A stretch of DNA of 64,000 nucleotides from a virus (lineage: Duplodnaviria; Caudoviricetes), in IMG/VR virus record IMGVR_UViG_3300028805_000075, positions 1 through 64,000 of that record; one strand, given 5' to 3'. The notes under the pieces were generated by a model. It ran no database searches, was not told where the DNA came from, and saw nothing but the letters and a program-made list of their open reading frames with translations. The position numbers were made by a program, and so were the translations under genes. Shown here in pieces: positions 41,701-52,698 of the stretch (position 1 is its first letter; each line of letters begins with the position of its first letter).

Positions 41701-42666
41701 AAACCACAAGTTATTAATTTAATTAAATCTGGTGCTTTTGATCAATTTGGAGACAGAGAAAGAATTTTAAAAGAATACGTTGCAGAAATTTGTGGCGCGA
41801 AACAGCGAATTACAATGCAAAATATGCAAATGATGATAAACTACAATATGATTCCAAATAAGTATATTTTGCAACAAAAAGTATTTAATTTTAATAAATA
41901 TTTAAAGAAATTTAAAAGTACAGATGGAAAATATTATAACTTAGATGAAAATGCTTTTAGATTTTATTCTGAACAGTTTGATATGGATAACCTGTTACCT
42001 TCAGAAGATGGATATTTATTTTCAATTAAGCAAATGACATGGGATAAAATTTATAAAGATCAAATGAATATTATTCGTCCATGGGTAAAAGAAAACGCAG
42101 ACAAACTATTAAAAGAACTTAATGGATATTTAATGGACGAAACTTGGAATAAATATTGTAGTGGTAATATCTCTAAATGGGAAATGGATAGTGTTTCTTG
42201 CTACTTTCATGAACATGAACTCGCGCGAGTATATGATTTTGAAGATTTCTTTGAGCTGCCTTCTTCACCAGATATTGAAAGAATTATTCCTATAAAAGGA
42301 AAAGAAATTCCAATTTTTAGGTTAAGTAGAATAGCTGGGACTGTTTTAGATAGGGATAAGAATAAAAAAATGGTTACTCTCTTAACCACAACTGGTGTAG
42401 TAACCGTTAAAATATATGGAGATGCTTTTACTTATTACGATAAGCAAATTTCAGAGCGCGGGCTTGATGGAAAAAAGCATGTTATTGAAAAATCAGTATT
42501 TAGTCGTGGTAATAAAATAATTGTAACTGGGATTAAACAAGAAGATAGTTTTCTTGCTAAAAAATATAAATCAACTCCTTATCATTTAGTAGAAGTAATT
42601 ACCAATGTTGCAGAAAATGGTGAAATTACTACGAAAGGTGAAAGAGCGGAGGCGACGGAGCATTGA
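38704..42666 (+). CDS. dnaE: DNA polymerase III alpha subunit (C family)
   Basis: PHP domain (HTHTDYS, TDH), GRGSG, DVDFD, HAGG, GFNKSH. Confidence 0.95.
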   Translation: MEYTGSLHTHTDYSNIRLRDCIIKLEDGISYAEQLGHKVIAITDHEFTGSWIKAKRIAKKHPNIKVILGNEIYLCRNGLNAQNYNREYDRYYHFILLAKDREGARQIMEISTRAWKRSYMARGMRRVPTYYQDLIDIIGKNPGHVIGSTACLGGALPTQLLRYRDSEDERLKEKIAIWLGQMNDLFGVGNFFLEMQPSKNKDQIYVNKRILNISENTKIPYIITTDSHYLKKEDRTIHKAYLNAQNGDREVDEFYATTYMMGTEELESYFKYLTREQLDTAYSNIENIMNMCQEYSLEKPLRIPNLKWHGFLSYKDEYPKWFELIPALEKFNKSQYPADRQLVAAIISGIKSHPDVQNEEAYKEINLCLEDTWVSSEVNKAQWSAYYLNLQNIIDVCWEADSIVGPGRGSGVGFILLYVLGITQINPLRETTKCFRWRFLNPARVSVLDVDFDIEGSKRAQVLSKFREVYGEDRVANVATFRTEKSKSAILTAARGLGIDVDIAQYIASLIPADRGLLRSLDQCMYGDAENDWNPIKQFVHEMTENYPELWNVAHGIEGLICGSGIHAGGVIFVDEPFTESTALMRAPDGTICTQFELHDAEAVSLIKYDALSVEAMDKIHNCINLLCDYGYAERKNTLKETYEDIIGIYKIERNDPKMWKMVWNHEIQSLFQMEKQSGIQGIALLKPTSVDDLATLNSVIRLMAQERGGEMPTNKLARFKQNPKLWDAEMEKWGLSEEERNILHKELDTSYGICESQEGFMQLVQLSQCGGFNLTWADRLRKSIAKKNPKEFDQLTEEYYKNIEDKKLSYNLCNYVWKVLVAYSRGYGFNKSHTLAYSLIALQEMNLAFKYPIIFWNCACLINDAGGEELEENEENEDILNETTWENNIEIFSLEEDDEEDEDEDEEETVKETKKKKQKKVNYGKIASAIGKMKMAGIEIAPPNINSSTYTFSPNIEHNTILYGLSGITGLGDDKIKEIIASRPYMSLNDCINKVKLKKPQVINLIKSGAFDQFGDRERILKEYVAEICGAKQRITMQNMQMMINYNMIPNKYILQQKVFNFNKYLKKFKSTDGKYYNLDENAFRFYSEQFDMDNLLPSEDGYLFSIKQMTWDKIYKDQMNIIRPWVKENADKLLKELNGYLMDETWNKYCSGNISKWEMDSVSCYFHEHELARVYDFEDFFELPSSPDIERIIPIKGKEIPIFRLSRIAGTVLDRDKNKKMVTLLTTTGVVTVKIYGDAFTYYDKQISERGLDGKKHVIEKSVFSRGNKIIVTGIKQEDSFLAKKYKSTPYHLVEVITNVAENGEITTKGERAEATEH

Positions 42667-43730
42667 GCATAGGCTTATGGGATGCTGACTTTATGACATA
42701 TAAGCAGCCATTTTTCAATTTAGAAATAATGAAAATGGCTGCTTATTATAAGCAGCAAAACGAATTAGTTAAATTAACAACAGTTTTAGAACCAGAAAGA
42801 TACACTAAATTTTTTGTTAGAAAAGATTACGATGATGGTATTTATCCAAAAGAATTTTTTTTACCAAATGTAGTTTATGGTGGAAAAGCATTTAATTATT
42901 TATATTAGCCAATGGATTTAAAAATAGAAAAAACTAAACCAGACAGCTATATATATGAAAGATTTAAAAGAAAAAATTTTAAAGACGAAAGTGCCTATAT
43001 TACTATGTTATCATGTGCACATGCAAGACTTACTCTAGATGGAAAAACTGTTTGGGAAGATTTTTTAGAACCAATAGAAAAACAAAGAACTTGTAGTATT
43101 ATTTTACATGATTACGATATAGGAAAAATAAATTAGGGTTTTGATGCAATTCAAGATTTAATAAAATATATTGATAGAAAAGATAAAGTTTTTATTGGTA
43201 CTAAGTTTCCTATAGAAATTTATAATTCTGCCGAGTTAGATAAATGGCTTACCTTAAATCCTTTAAAGAACTTTTTTTGGATTAGATATTTTGGTTTATT
43301 AGATGATAACACTTTTAGAGAAATTATAAAAACTAAAATATCAATGTAGAAAAATATAGAATATTACGTTACCTATTCATGTTCCGATGAGGATCATTTC
43401 GTCAAAGAACGACTACCAATAATTTTTAATTAGGTCTTAAATTTTTAGATGAACGAAGCATTAATTGTACTTAAGTATGAAGAAGATTTTTTCAAAGACA
43501 AAAGATGGGAAAGAATCCTTGATTTCTTTAATTTTTACATGAGAGCAAGAAAAACTAAAGGTAGAAAAAAAACTCTTTATAAGTTTACAAAAGATTTATT
43601 TTTATTGAAACGTCATGCAAAATATGAATTTGAAGTTGAAGAAATTAGAGAACTTTTTCAATTTGTTAGAGAAAAAAATTACGAAGTCTTTAAAATGTTT
43701 TATGAATAGATAGGAGAAAAATATGACTAA
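42663..43730 (+). CDS. hypothetical protein, 355 aa, TAG readthrough
   Basis: Three track fragments in one frame; IGLWDAD...NLEIMK N-terminus. Confidence 0.65.
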
Positions 43731-43920
43731 TTTAGAAATCAAGCAAAGGATTGATGCGAATAATAAAATAATACAAGATGCCTTCAGTCCTAACCAATTC
43801 ATTCTTAATAATGTAATTAAAGATCTATTAAAGGAGAATGAAGATCTCCAAAAACAATGTACACATAGTTTTGTTGATGGCTATTGTGAATATTGTTATA
43901 AGGAGGAAAAAAATGATTAA
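43723..43920 (+). CDS. hypothetical Zn-binding protein
   Basis: CTH...CEYC motif. Confidence 0.6.
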   Translation: MTNLEIKQRIDANNKIIQDAFSPNQFILNNVIKDLLKENEDLQKQCTHSFVDGYCEYCYKEEKND

Positions 43921-44110
43921 ATTATATAGCACACATTGCCCGAAATGTAAAGTTCTTACAATGAAATTACAAGCAAAAAATATTGATTTTACTGAAATTG
44001 ATGATGTAGAAGTAATGAAAGCTTTGGGCTTTAAGAGCGCGCCGATGCTTAGTGTAAATGGAACATTGTTAGACTTTAGTGCGGCTTTGAATTGGGTTAA
44101 GGAGCAGTAA
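43913..44110 (+). CDS. nrdH: glutaredoxin-like NrdH
   Basis: MIKLYSTHCPKC...SAPML. Confidence 0.8.
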   Translation: MIKLYSTHCPKCKVLTMKLQAKNIDFTEIDDVEVMKALGFKSAPMLSVNGTLLDFSAALNWVKEQ

Positions 44111-44111
44111 C

Positions 44112-46031
44112 ATGAATATTAATATAAAACTTGATAAGAATTTTACTACATAGTTTAATAAATTGCAAGAAAAATATGGCGAAGAATTTGCAAAACTTAA
44201 TGGTTTAAGCGATGATCAACTTAGTTACACCGATTTTATTTCTAACTTTATTGAGGCTGAAACTGTGGCAGATGCATCTGTGGATAGTAATGCGAATGTT
44301 GGACATAAAGACATCGTAACACTTCTTAATGAAATGCCAAAGCCTCATCGTAAATTACTTGCACTCCGTAAAATTTATTACGAAATGAATAAAGCTTATG
44401 GGTTTAAAACAGCTAATGACTGGCTTGAAAAAGAATGGTCACGCGCGCTTTATATGCACGATGCTGATACTTCTACTTTTAAACCTTATTGTTATGCTTA
44501 TGATCTTCATGATTTAGCTGAGCGCGGTTTATTCTTTCTTGAAGGATTTAATGCGGAACCACCAAAGCATTTGGGTACTTTTATTGATTTTGTAAAAGAA
44601 TTTATTAGTTATAATGCAAACAGAACTTCTGGCGCCTGCGGGCTTCCTAATTTAATTCCTTATATGTATTATTTTTGGAGCCGTGATGTGGCAAATGGGT
44701 ATTATACTCGTGATCCAGAAAGCTATGCTAAGCAACATATTCAAAGATTCATCTATGCCGTAAATCAGCCATGTGTGCGCGATGGTATGCAAAGTGCATT
44801 TACAAATACGTCCATTTTTGACCATGAGTATTTAATGGCTCTTTTTGGCGGTTCTATTTTCCCTGATGGAACCTTTATGGTGGATGAAATTGAAGGTATT
44901 ATGGACTTCCAAAAACTTTTTATGGAAGTTATGAGTGAGATTCGTGAACATAATATGTTTACTTTCCCAGTTAATACAATTTCTCTTTTAAAAGTAGATG
45001 GAGAATTTAAAGATGAAGAATTCGCGCGCTGGGCATGTAAGCATAATATGAAATGGAATGACAGCAATATTTTTGCAGATAGTAGTGTAAATTCACTATC
45101 AAATTGCTGCCGTTTAAAAAGTAATATTGAAGATTTGGGTTATTTTAATTCAATCGGCGGCGCAGCTTTGCGCGTTGGTAGTGTCAAAGTTTCAACAATT
45201 AACCTCGCGCGTATTGCTTATGAAAATAAGACAGAAAAAGAATATCTTAAAGCTCTACAAGAAATTACTGAATTAGATCTTAAAGCTTTGGATTGCGTTA
45301 GACATATTATTGAAAGAGATATTCAAAAAGGTCTATTACCAAATTACTGTGATGGATTAATTGATATTAATACGCAATATAATACAATTGGAGTGCTTGG
45401 CGTCTATGAGACAATGCGCGCCTTTGGATATACAAAGCAAGATGACTTTGGCAATACTTTTTATACCGAGGAAGCATATAAATTTGGTGAAAAGATTTTC
45501 AAAGTTATTCATAATACCAAGGACTTATTTGGCATTGATAAAGACTATAAAATAAATTGTGAAGCAGTTCCGGCCGAATAGGCTGCTGTAAAAATGCAAA
45601 AAGCAGATGAAATGCTTTATCCAGATTCAGTTATTACTGATCTACCGCTCTATGGAAATCAATTTATTCCGCTCGGTATTAAAACAACCTTGCAAGAAAG
45701 AGTAAATATTGCGAGCGCGTTTGATAATTATTGTAATGGTGGTTCTATACTTCATGTTAATATTGAAGCGCCTTTTAATAATTTTGACCAAGCTTGGAAA
45801 ATGTTGAATTATATTACTGATGCTGGTGTAACATACTTTGCTTTTACTACTAAAATTCAAGCTTGCAAACATAATCATGCCTTTTTTGGTAAGGTTTGCC
45901 CAATTTGTGGTGAACCAGTTGCTACAGAATATAGTCGAATCGTTGGTTTTTATACTCCGGTTAGAACTTATTCAAAAGAAAGAAAAGCTGAATGGTCTAT
46001 GAGAGAATGGGAGAATGTAAATGAAAATTAA
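44112..46031 (+). CDS. nrdD: anaerobic ribonucleoside-triphosphate reductase, 639 aa, two TAGs
   Basis: TFPV, SNCCRL, PAE(Q), GGSILH, C-terminal CxxC and RIVGF glycyl-radical motif. Confidence 0.9.
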
Positions 46032-46536
46032 AGGCTTAGATGAATGCGATTTTGTAAATTACAAAAAGCCTTCTATGTTTATTGCTTTTAATAGTTGTAC
46101 TTGGAAGTGCGGGCGCGCCGATTGTCAGAATAGCGCGCTTGCACTATCTAAAGATATTGAAATTTCTAAAGAAGAAATTTGTGAAAAATACATCAAAAAT
46201 CCTATAACAGAAGCTTTCGTTTTTGGTGGATTAGAGCCATTTGATTAGTTTTCTGAATTAATTAGTTTAGTAGATTGTATTAGAAATAAATATAATATTA
46301 AAGACGATATTGTTATTTATACTGGATATACAGAAAGTGAACTTTTTTATGGAGATTATGTAAAGTCAGACACTGAAGTCGGCGCGCATAACTTTAAATT
46401 TTTAATTACTAATTATCATAATATAATTATCAAATTTGGTAGATATTTACCGAATCAAGGTACCCATTTTGATAGAGTATTGGGAGTAAAATTAGCTAGT
46501 GATAATTAGTATGCTTTGGAGTTTAATAAAATATGA
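46021..46536 (+). CDS. nrdG: RNR activating radical-SAM protein, two TAGs
   Basis: CTWKC...CQN, GGLEPFD(Q), YTGY, KFGRY, LASDN(Q). Confidence 0.85.
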
Positions 46537-47750
46537 ATGAATATATTAATACCATACTTGAAAAAGAACACGGATATTTAAATGAGTTGTTAAAATAGGA
46601 ACAACATCGGCAAGATAATAATGTTGAACTTATTGCTAGCGAAAATTATGCTTCTGATGCTGTTCGTGCGGCAATGGCTTCTTGTTTAACAAATAAGTAC
46701 GCTGAAGGCTACAGTGGTAAAAGATTTTATGGTGGATGCCAATATATTGATAAGATAGAAGAATATTGTAAAGAAACTTGGCAAAAAGTTTTTACTACTA
46801 ATTATGCCGTAAATGTACAACCACATAGCGGAAGTCAAGCAAATGAAGCAGCATATGCAGCTGTTTTAAAGCCTGGTGATACAATTCTTTCTCTTGATTT
46901 GAATCATGGCGGTCATTTATCACACGGCGCGCCTGCAAATTTTAGCGGCAAATTATATAACGTAGTTTTTTACGGAGTAGATGAAAACGGTTATATTGAT
47001 TATGAGGATTTGGCAAGTAAAATTTCTCGTTATCATCCAAATTTAGTCTTAGCTGGCGCGAGTGCATATCCTAGAGAGATAGATTTTAAACGAATTAAAT
47101 TCTATATTGATGAGGTTTCTAGAGTAGATTATATTCCTCATGAAGTGTATTTTATGGTAGATATGGCACATATTGCTGGATTGGTCGCAGCCGGTGAACA
47201 TATCAGCCCGTTTGGTTATGCAGATATAATTACAACTACAACACATAAAACACTGCGCGGGCCACGCGGTGGATTAATCTTTTGTCGTCCAGAATTAGAA
47301 AAAAAGGTTAATAGCGCTGTTTTTCCAGGAACCCAAGGTGGCCCATTTGAACACATTATTTTGGCAAAAGCGATTTGCGCGGAAGAAGCTTTAGAGGAAG
47401 ATTATAAAAAATATATTCGTAAAGTAAAGATAAATGCAAAAGCTATGGCTAACACTTTTATTCATTTAGGATATGATTTAGTAACCAATGGAACTGATAA
47501 TCATTTATTACTTATTGATTTTTCTAAAACTCATCCAGAACTTACGGGGCGCGCGGTGCAAGAAGAATGTGATAAATTTAATATTACTTTAAATAAGAAC
47601 TGTGTTCCAAATGAACAACGTAGCCCATATGTAACTAGTGGTGTAAGAATTGGAACGCCAGCTATGACCACAAAGGGTTGGGGTGCATCAGATTTTGCAT
47701 ATTGCGCTACAAAAATAGATAAAATAATTAAAAATTTGACTAATAAATAA
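46533..47750 (+). CDS. glyA: serine hydroxymethyltransferase, 405 aa, one TAG
   Basis: LIASEN, NKYAEGY, HSGSQAN, GGHLSHG, DMAH, TTTHKTLRGPRGG, SGVRIGT. Confidence 0.95.
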
Positions 47751-47785
47751 AAGTGTGATATAATATAATTATAAGGTATGGGAAT

Positions 47786-48583
47786 ATGATTAAAGTAGAT
47801 AAAATAGAAGTTTCTAATTTTGAAGGTGCATTTCGCGGATTACGTAATCCAATGAATAGTTGGAATAAGAGTGACAGTTATTTTGGTATTACTCCTGAGG
47901 ATGGGGATTGTCGAAATATCGTTTGGGCTTGGGTAGAGTAGAAAAATAAAGAGTTAAATTATACAGTTAATAGTAATAAATATTATGAACTTTTTGACTA
48001 CTTTTATAACTGGTTACTTTCTAATAGTGAATTTTTAGATTGGCCCGATGATTGTATGATTGCTAGATTTATTGGTCCAAATGATATGCAACTCGCGCAG
48101 CGTATGATTGGCGGCGGTACTGAAGAATCTAAATTTATGCGTTAGATTTTTGTTACTATGGATATAGATGCGCCGTTATTCTGGTGGAAAGAAATGGATA
48201 CTTACAAAGTTGGTACAGTTGCTAATAGCTGTTCTACAATGCACAAAATTACTTCCGCGCCGATAACAATGGATAATTTTTCATTTAGCCCATATACTGA
48301 ATTTTATCCTATGTATGAAAAAATTATAGAATATTGTGAAGATTTAAGACAAAAATATCTTGAAACAAAAGACAGACGATACTGGCGCGCGCTTATTGAA
48401 ATCTTGCCAGAAGCTTGGAACCAAAAACGTACATGGACTGCTAATTATCAAGTTTTACGTAATATTTATTTTCAGCGCCGCTATCATAAACTTGAGGAGT
48501 GGCATCAGTTTTGTGATACTATTGAAAAACTGCCTTATGGAAAAGAACTTATATGCTATGAAAAAAAGAAAGTAGAAGAATAA
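47786..48583 (+). CDS. divergent ThyX-like (flavin-dependent thymidylate synthase-related) protein, 265 aa, TAG readthrough
   Basis: RGLRNPMNSW, KFMR(TAG)I, APLFWWKEMDTYK, STMH, QRRYHKLEEW; located next to glyA and dut. Confidence 0.6.
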
Positions 48584-48602
48584 CTTCTAAAAGGAGAAAA
48601 GA

Positions 48603-48932
48603 ATGACTTTTAATTTTAAAAATAAACTTGTTGTTCTTCATTCATCTAATACATTTACAAAAGAAGATCTTATAGAATTAATGAATGAAGCTTATAATTT
48701 AGGTTATAAAGAAGGATATGATTGTGGATATGCAGCCGGAAAAGCAAGTCCTTCATGGTGGACAACAACCATTCCATCAATTACATATACTAATACTTCA
48801 ACTGGCGATATTTAGCCATCTAATCCAATTACTATTACATCTAGTAATTCATCTAACCCTATTTCAATTATGAGTGATAAACCTTCAAAAAAAGATATAT
48901 TGGAGTTTAGATACAATGGAACAGAAAGATAA
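48603..48932 (+). CDS. hypothetical protein, one TAG
   Basis: 109 aa with readthrough. Confidence 0.55.
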
Positions 48933-49821
48933 TAAAACAGTCAATCCTATCGCAGATGCTTTTAATGCTCTCGCAGAAACACTTAATATAAATGAAGCTG
49001 CTGAAGATGGTACTGCGTTATTCGGCGCGCTTCTAAACATGCCTGATGAAGATTTTAAATCAGTTAGTCCAGTTATTTTAGATGAAATTAATAGATCTTT
49101 AAATAATCCTAACGATAGATTTACTTTAGTATCTTTAATGGCTTCTTAGGGTTATAAAAGTGATGATTTAGTCAATATTTTTACTGAACTATGTGAACAA
49201 ATAGATACTCAACTTACTGATATTAGTCAAATTAAACGAGATTGGATTAAATAGTTAATGGGATTAATAATTAATGCCATTAATGAAACAGAAGGAATTT
49301 CTAAGAAATTTGTTCGTATTCCTTTTGAGAAATGTCATCAAAACGCTAAAGTACCAGCTTATGCTCATGAAACTGATTCAGGTATGGATGTATATGCACT
49401 AGAAGACATTACTCTCGCGCCTGGTGAACAAAAAATTATTCCGATTGGTATAAAAGTCGCGCTGCCCGCGGGATATGAATTGCAAGTAAGACCAAAGAGT
49501 GGTATTAGTGCAAAAACAAAACTTCGTATTGCAAATGCTCCAGGTACTATTGATGCTGGGTATAGAGATGAAATTGGAATAATTGTTGAAAATACATCTT
49601 ATCCGATTGAATCTTTTGAATATGAATTTAATGATGATGGTAGTGTAAATGTAAATTCTATCTCGGTTGTACATGGAAAGTCTTTTACTATTGGGAAAGG
49701 TCAAAAATTTGCACAACTTGTTCTTGCAGAAGTACCAAAAGCAATTTTATATGAAGTAGAAAGCGTAGGTGAAATTGGCGAAAACCGAAATGGTGGTTTT
49801 GGCTCTACGGGATTACAGTAA
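48916..49821 (+). CDS. dut: dUTPase with N-terminal extension, 301 aa, two TAGs
   Basis: SGMDV, RPKSG, GTIDAGYRDE, FAQLV, RNGGFGSTG. Confidence 0.9.
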
Positions 49822-50549
49822 TGGCAACCATTACGATAGATACTATTTAGTAGAATCTACCAGAAAATTGGAAACTTATAAGCACTTCATATAAAAACTT
49901 AGATACAGAACTTGAGTTTACTTGTCCTGTTGGACATAAAGTATATAGCACTTGGAAACGTATGAGAACGCGCGCGGAGTGCCCACTTTGTAAAGAAAAA
50001 CAAACTCTTTCTGAGAGTAAAATAGTTCCTAAAGCAAAAGGAGTTTATCGCACAATAGCAATAGATCAAGCTACTCATATAAGTGGTTACTCTATTTATG
50101 ATGATAAGAAACTAATTAAATATGGAACTTTTACGGCGCGGCTTGATAAAGAAATTGAACGTGATGACGAAATTAAAATGTGGCTATGTTCATTAATTAC
50201 AAATTGGCAACCAGATTTAATTGCCCTTGAAGGAATATAGTTACAAACAGAAGGAAAAATGCACTCAATGGGTGTTACTACCTTTGAAACACTCGCGCGA
50301 TTATAGGGCATTTTAATGGAAGCTTGCTTTGAATAGAAAGTAGCCTTTGTTATATGTCCAACAAATACTTGGCGCGCGCATTGTAAGGTAAAAGGATAGA
50401 CGCGCGCAGATAAAAAAGCTTCAATGAAATTACTGGCTAAATAGTGGCATGAAGTTATTGTATCAGAGGATGAAGCAGATGCAATCGGTATAGGTAAATA
50501 TGCTTCAGAAATTCACGGCGCGCGCCATCAAATTTCAAATTGGGAATAA
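49821..50549 (+). CDS. Zn-ribbon + RuvC-like Holliday junction resolvase, 242 aa, many TAGs
   Basis: CPVGH...CPLC; IAIDQ, ALEGI, DEADAIGIG. Confidence 0.75.
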
Positions 50550-50582
50550 AAAGAAGAGGCCATAAAATATGACCTCTTTTTA
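50550..50582. terminator. bidirectional terminator
   Basis: AAAGAAGAGG..CCTCTTTTT between convergent units. Confidence 0.6.
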
Positions 50583-50584
50583 AT

Positions 50585-50860
50585 TTAGAATTTTTTAATT
50601 TTATCCTTCATTTCCATTGACCAACTAGTTATATGGTCATCCATTAATTCTTTTAACATACTATCTTCATCTTTCATCATATCCATAAACATTTTTTTCG
50701 TCTCTGGGAAGGATTTTTCTAAACGATCATTAGCAGAAGAAATCAAAAATTTAGCCACTTCAGGACTTTCATCTTTCATTTCATTCGCCCACTCTATCCA
50801 CATACCAGCATCTTTTAAATCATCCATCATTTTGCAATAAATAGCTTTGTATTTTAACAT
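50585..50860 (-). CDS. hypothetical helical protein
   Basis: 91-aa ORF. Confidence 0.65.
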   Translation of the reverse strand: MLKYKAIYCKMMDDLKDAGMWIEWANEMKDESPEVAKFLISSANDRLEKSFPETKKMFMDMMKDEDSMLKELMDDHITSWSMEMKDKIKKF

Positions 50861-50861
50861 A

Positions 50862-51281
50862 TTAATCTACATAGAAAACTGACATATGCGGAGTTGTAAA
50901 TGTAGCATCCGCGCCAGTAGTCCTAACTGTTATAATACCTGTATTATCAATTGCGCAGCAAGATGGTCTAATTGGGATGATAGTTGTAAATGCAAGATTT
51001 ACATCTGTGGTATTGGTAGCTGATAATGCACTTGCAGTAGCACCAGGAACTTCTTCACCATCATTAAATAACTAAACAGTTATTGGCGCAGTTTCGGTAG
51101 CTTCTGTCGCTGCCGCAATTGTATTAAAAGAAACATAATAGTAGCCCGGTCTAACTAAAGTTACCGATGGCGTTCCAGCTACATGACGTGAGCTGCAGCT
51201 GGAAGCCACACGGTTAGTATCGAAACTAATATTAGAACCGGAAGTTAACACCTAAGGCGCCAAACTAACAATATCTAACAT
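50862..51281 (-). CDS. BclA-C-terminal-like beta protein, 139 aa, TAG readthrough
   Basis: SNISFD...PGYYYVSFN...V(Q)LFNDGEEVPGA. Confidence 0.55.
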
Positions 51282-51311
51282 ATTTTAGTTCCTCCTTATA
51301 AAGAGTTTTGA

Positions 51312-52025
51312 TTACGCACCAAAACCGCCACAACCGCAACCGCAACTAGAGCCATAGCCATAGCCATATGGGTTGATTGAAGCATAAGGAGAAGTAGTAA
51401 GATACGCTGGACGAGAAATTGGGCGTAAAGTATCAATAAGTCCAGCTGTCTATTGCTGCTGGCTAATCTCGAAATTGGCTGCCTGAAGCGCACGATCGCG
51501 ATCAGCGAGTCTGTCACGCAGATCTTGAAGAGTGTTAGCAGTGATAAGAGAACGAGTAGCTTCTGCTTCATTATGAATTGCAGTAGTTATCTCGCAAGTA
51601 TTTTTATATGCCTCTGCTTTAACACTATCAATATTGCGCTCAATGCCGCAATTAGCGAGCTGCTGAGCATAGCGATTTTCAGCAATCTGTTGTCCGAGTC
51701 CACAAAACCCATCAAGCATATCATAACGGACATTACCCCAAGCAGAAGTAGCTTCACGTTCAAACTGACTAATTTCTTGTTCAATCTCACCAAGATTGCG
51801 GAAAGTATCCTGGGCATTATTTGCTTCATAAAGCGCGGAACGAGTTAAAGAACCTTCTACAGAAGGATTATTTCCACCGTAAGCACCGCCCCAATTACCG
51901 AACATTCCGCCGCCACCTAAAAGGGCTAACCAGACCAAATAGATAAAAGGGTTGTTTATCCAATTATCTGTACCACCATCTTTTGTTAAGGCCATTACAT
52001 CGGCCGCAGATAAACCATTATCCAT
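51312..52025 (-). CDS. conserved Bacillota-phage protein with GCGCG C-terminus, 237 aa, one TAG
   Basis: ISQQQ(TAG)TAGLIDTLRP...PAY...GCGCGGFGA. Confidence 0.75.
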
Positions 52026-52078
52026 ATTAAATTGTCCTCTCTTGTCTTTTTATTTTAAAACTCTAGCTAGAAGTTTTA

Positions 52079-52282
52079 TTACATTTTTTTAATTATTTCC
52101 ATTCCCTATTGAATGTCCTATTCTGAAATACCTTGAAGGCGTGCGCGCTGTGCAAGTTGAGAAAGTAAACCGTCATTTAAGTTATGCGCGAGAGCTTTAA
52201 ACCTTGCTGGGTCTATTTTCTACTGCTGCTATTGCATTTGACGAAACGGCGCGGGTGTGGGAAAATTATTGTAATAATTCAT
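52079..52282 (-). CDS. small Gln-rich protein, TAG readthrough
   Basis: CAA ATG CAA TAG CAG CAG TAG poly-Gln run. Confidence 0.6.
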
Positions 52283-52625
52283 TTATTTTTCCTCCAAGTT
52301 CTTCCATTTTCTTTTCTAATGCCCCAATTTTTGATAATAAAAAATCCTCAGAAGACTTTTCATCTACTGAGGACTTTGAATCATTATCTTTCTTTTCATA
52401 TGGGGCTATACTATAAACCATAAAGTTTGGCGTACCATTCTATAGTGACTTAATATACATTAAACCTTCGTTTAAGCATAATGCTATAGAAAGGCCATTA
52501 TTCATTGGAACATTTGCCACTTCCAAAGAGCTACCAATCAAGTAAACGCTTCCATGTGGCTAAAGGAAAAATGCGTTTGGTTGATAAGATACGGGTTGCG
52601 TACCATAATTATAGCCAGTTGCCAT
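52266..52625 (-). CDS. hypothetical protein, 119 aa, TAG readthrough
   Basis: GAGGAGG RBS; MYIKSL(Q)NG motif. Confidence 0.65.
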
Positions 52626-52698
52626 ATTCAATTGTCCTCCTCTTGTCTTACACTTATAAGTGGGATTAGAGATTGACAATTATAATAAATTGGAAATT

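Noticed and set aside
26885-42666. Inteins or introns in gyrase, helicase or DnaE
   Set aside because: Lengths are normal and no intein C/HN splice motifs are seen; the DnaE insert is only acidic low-complexity sequence.
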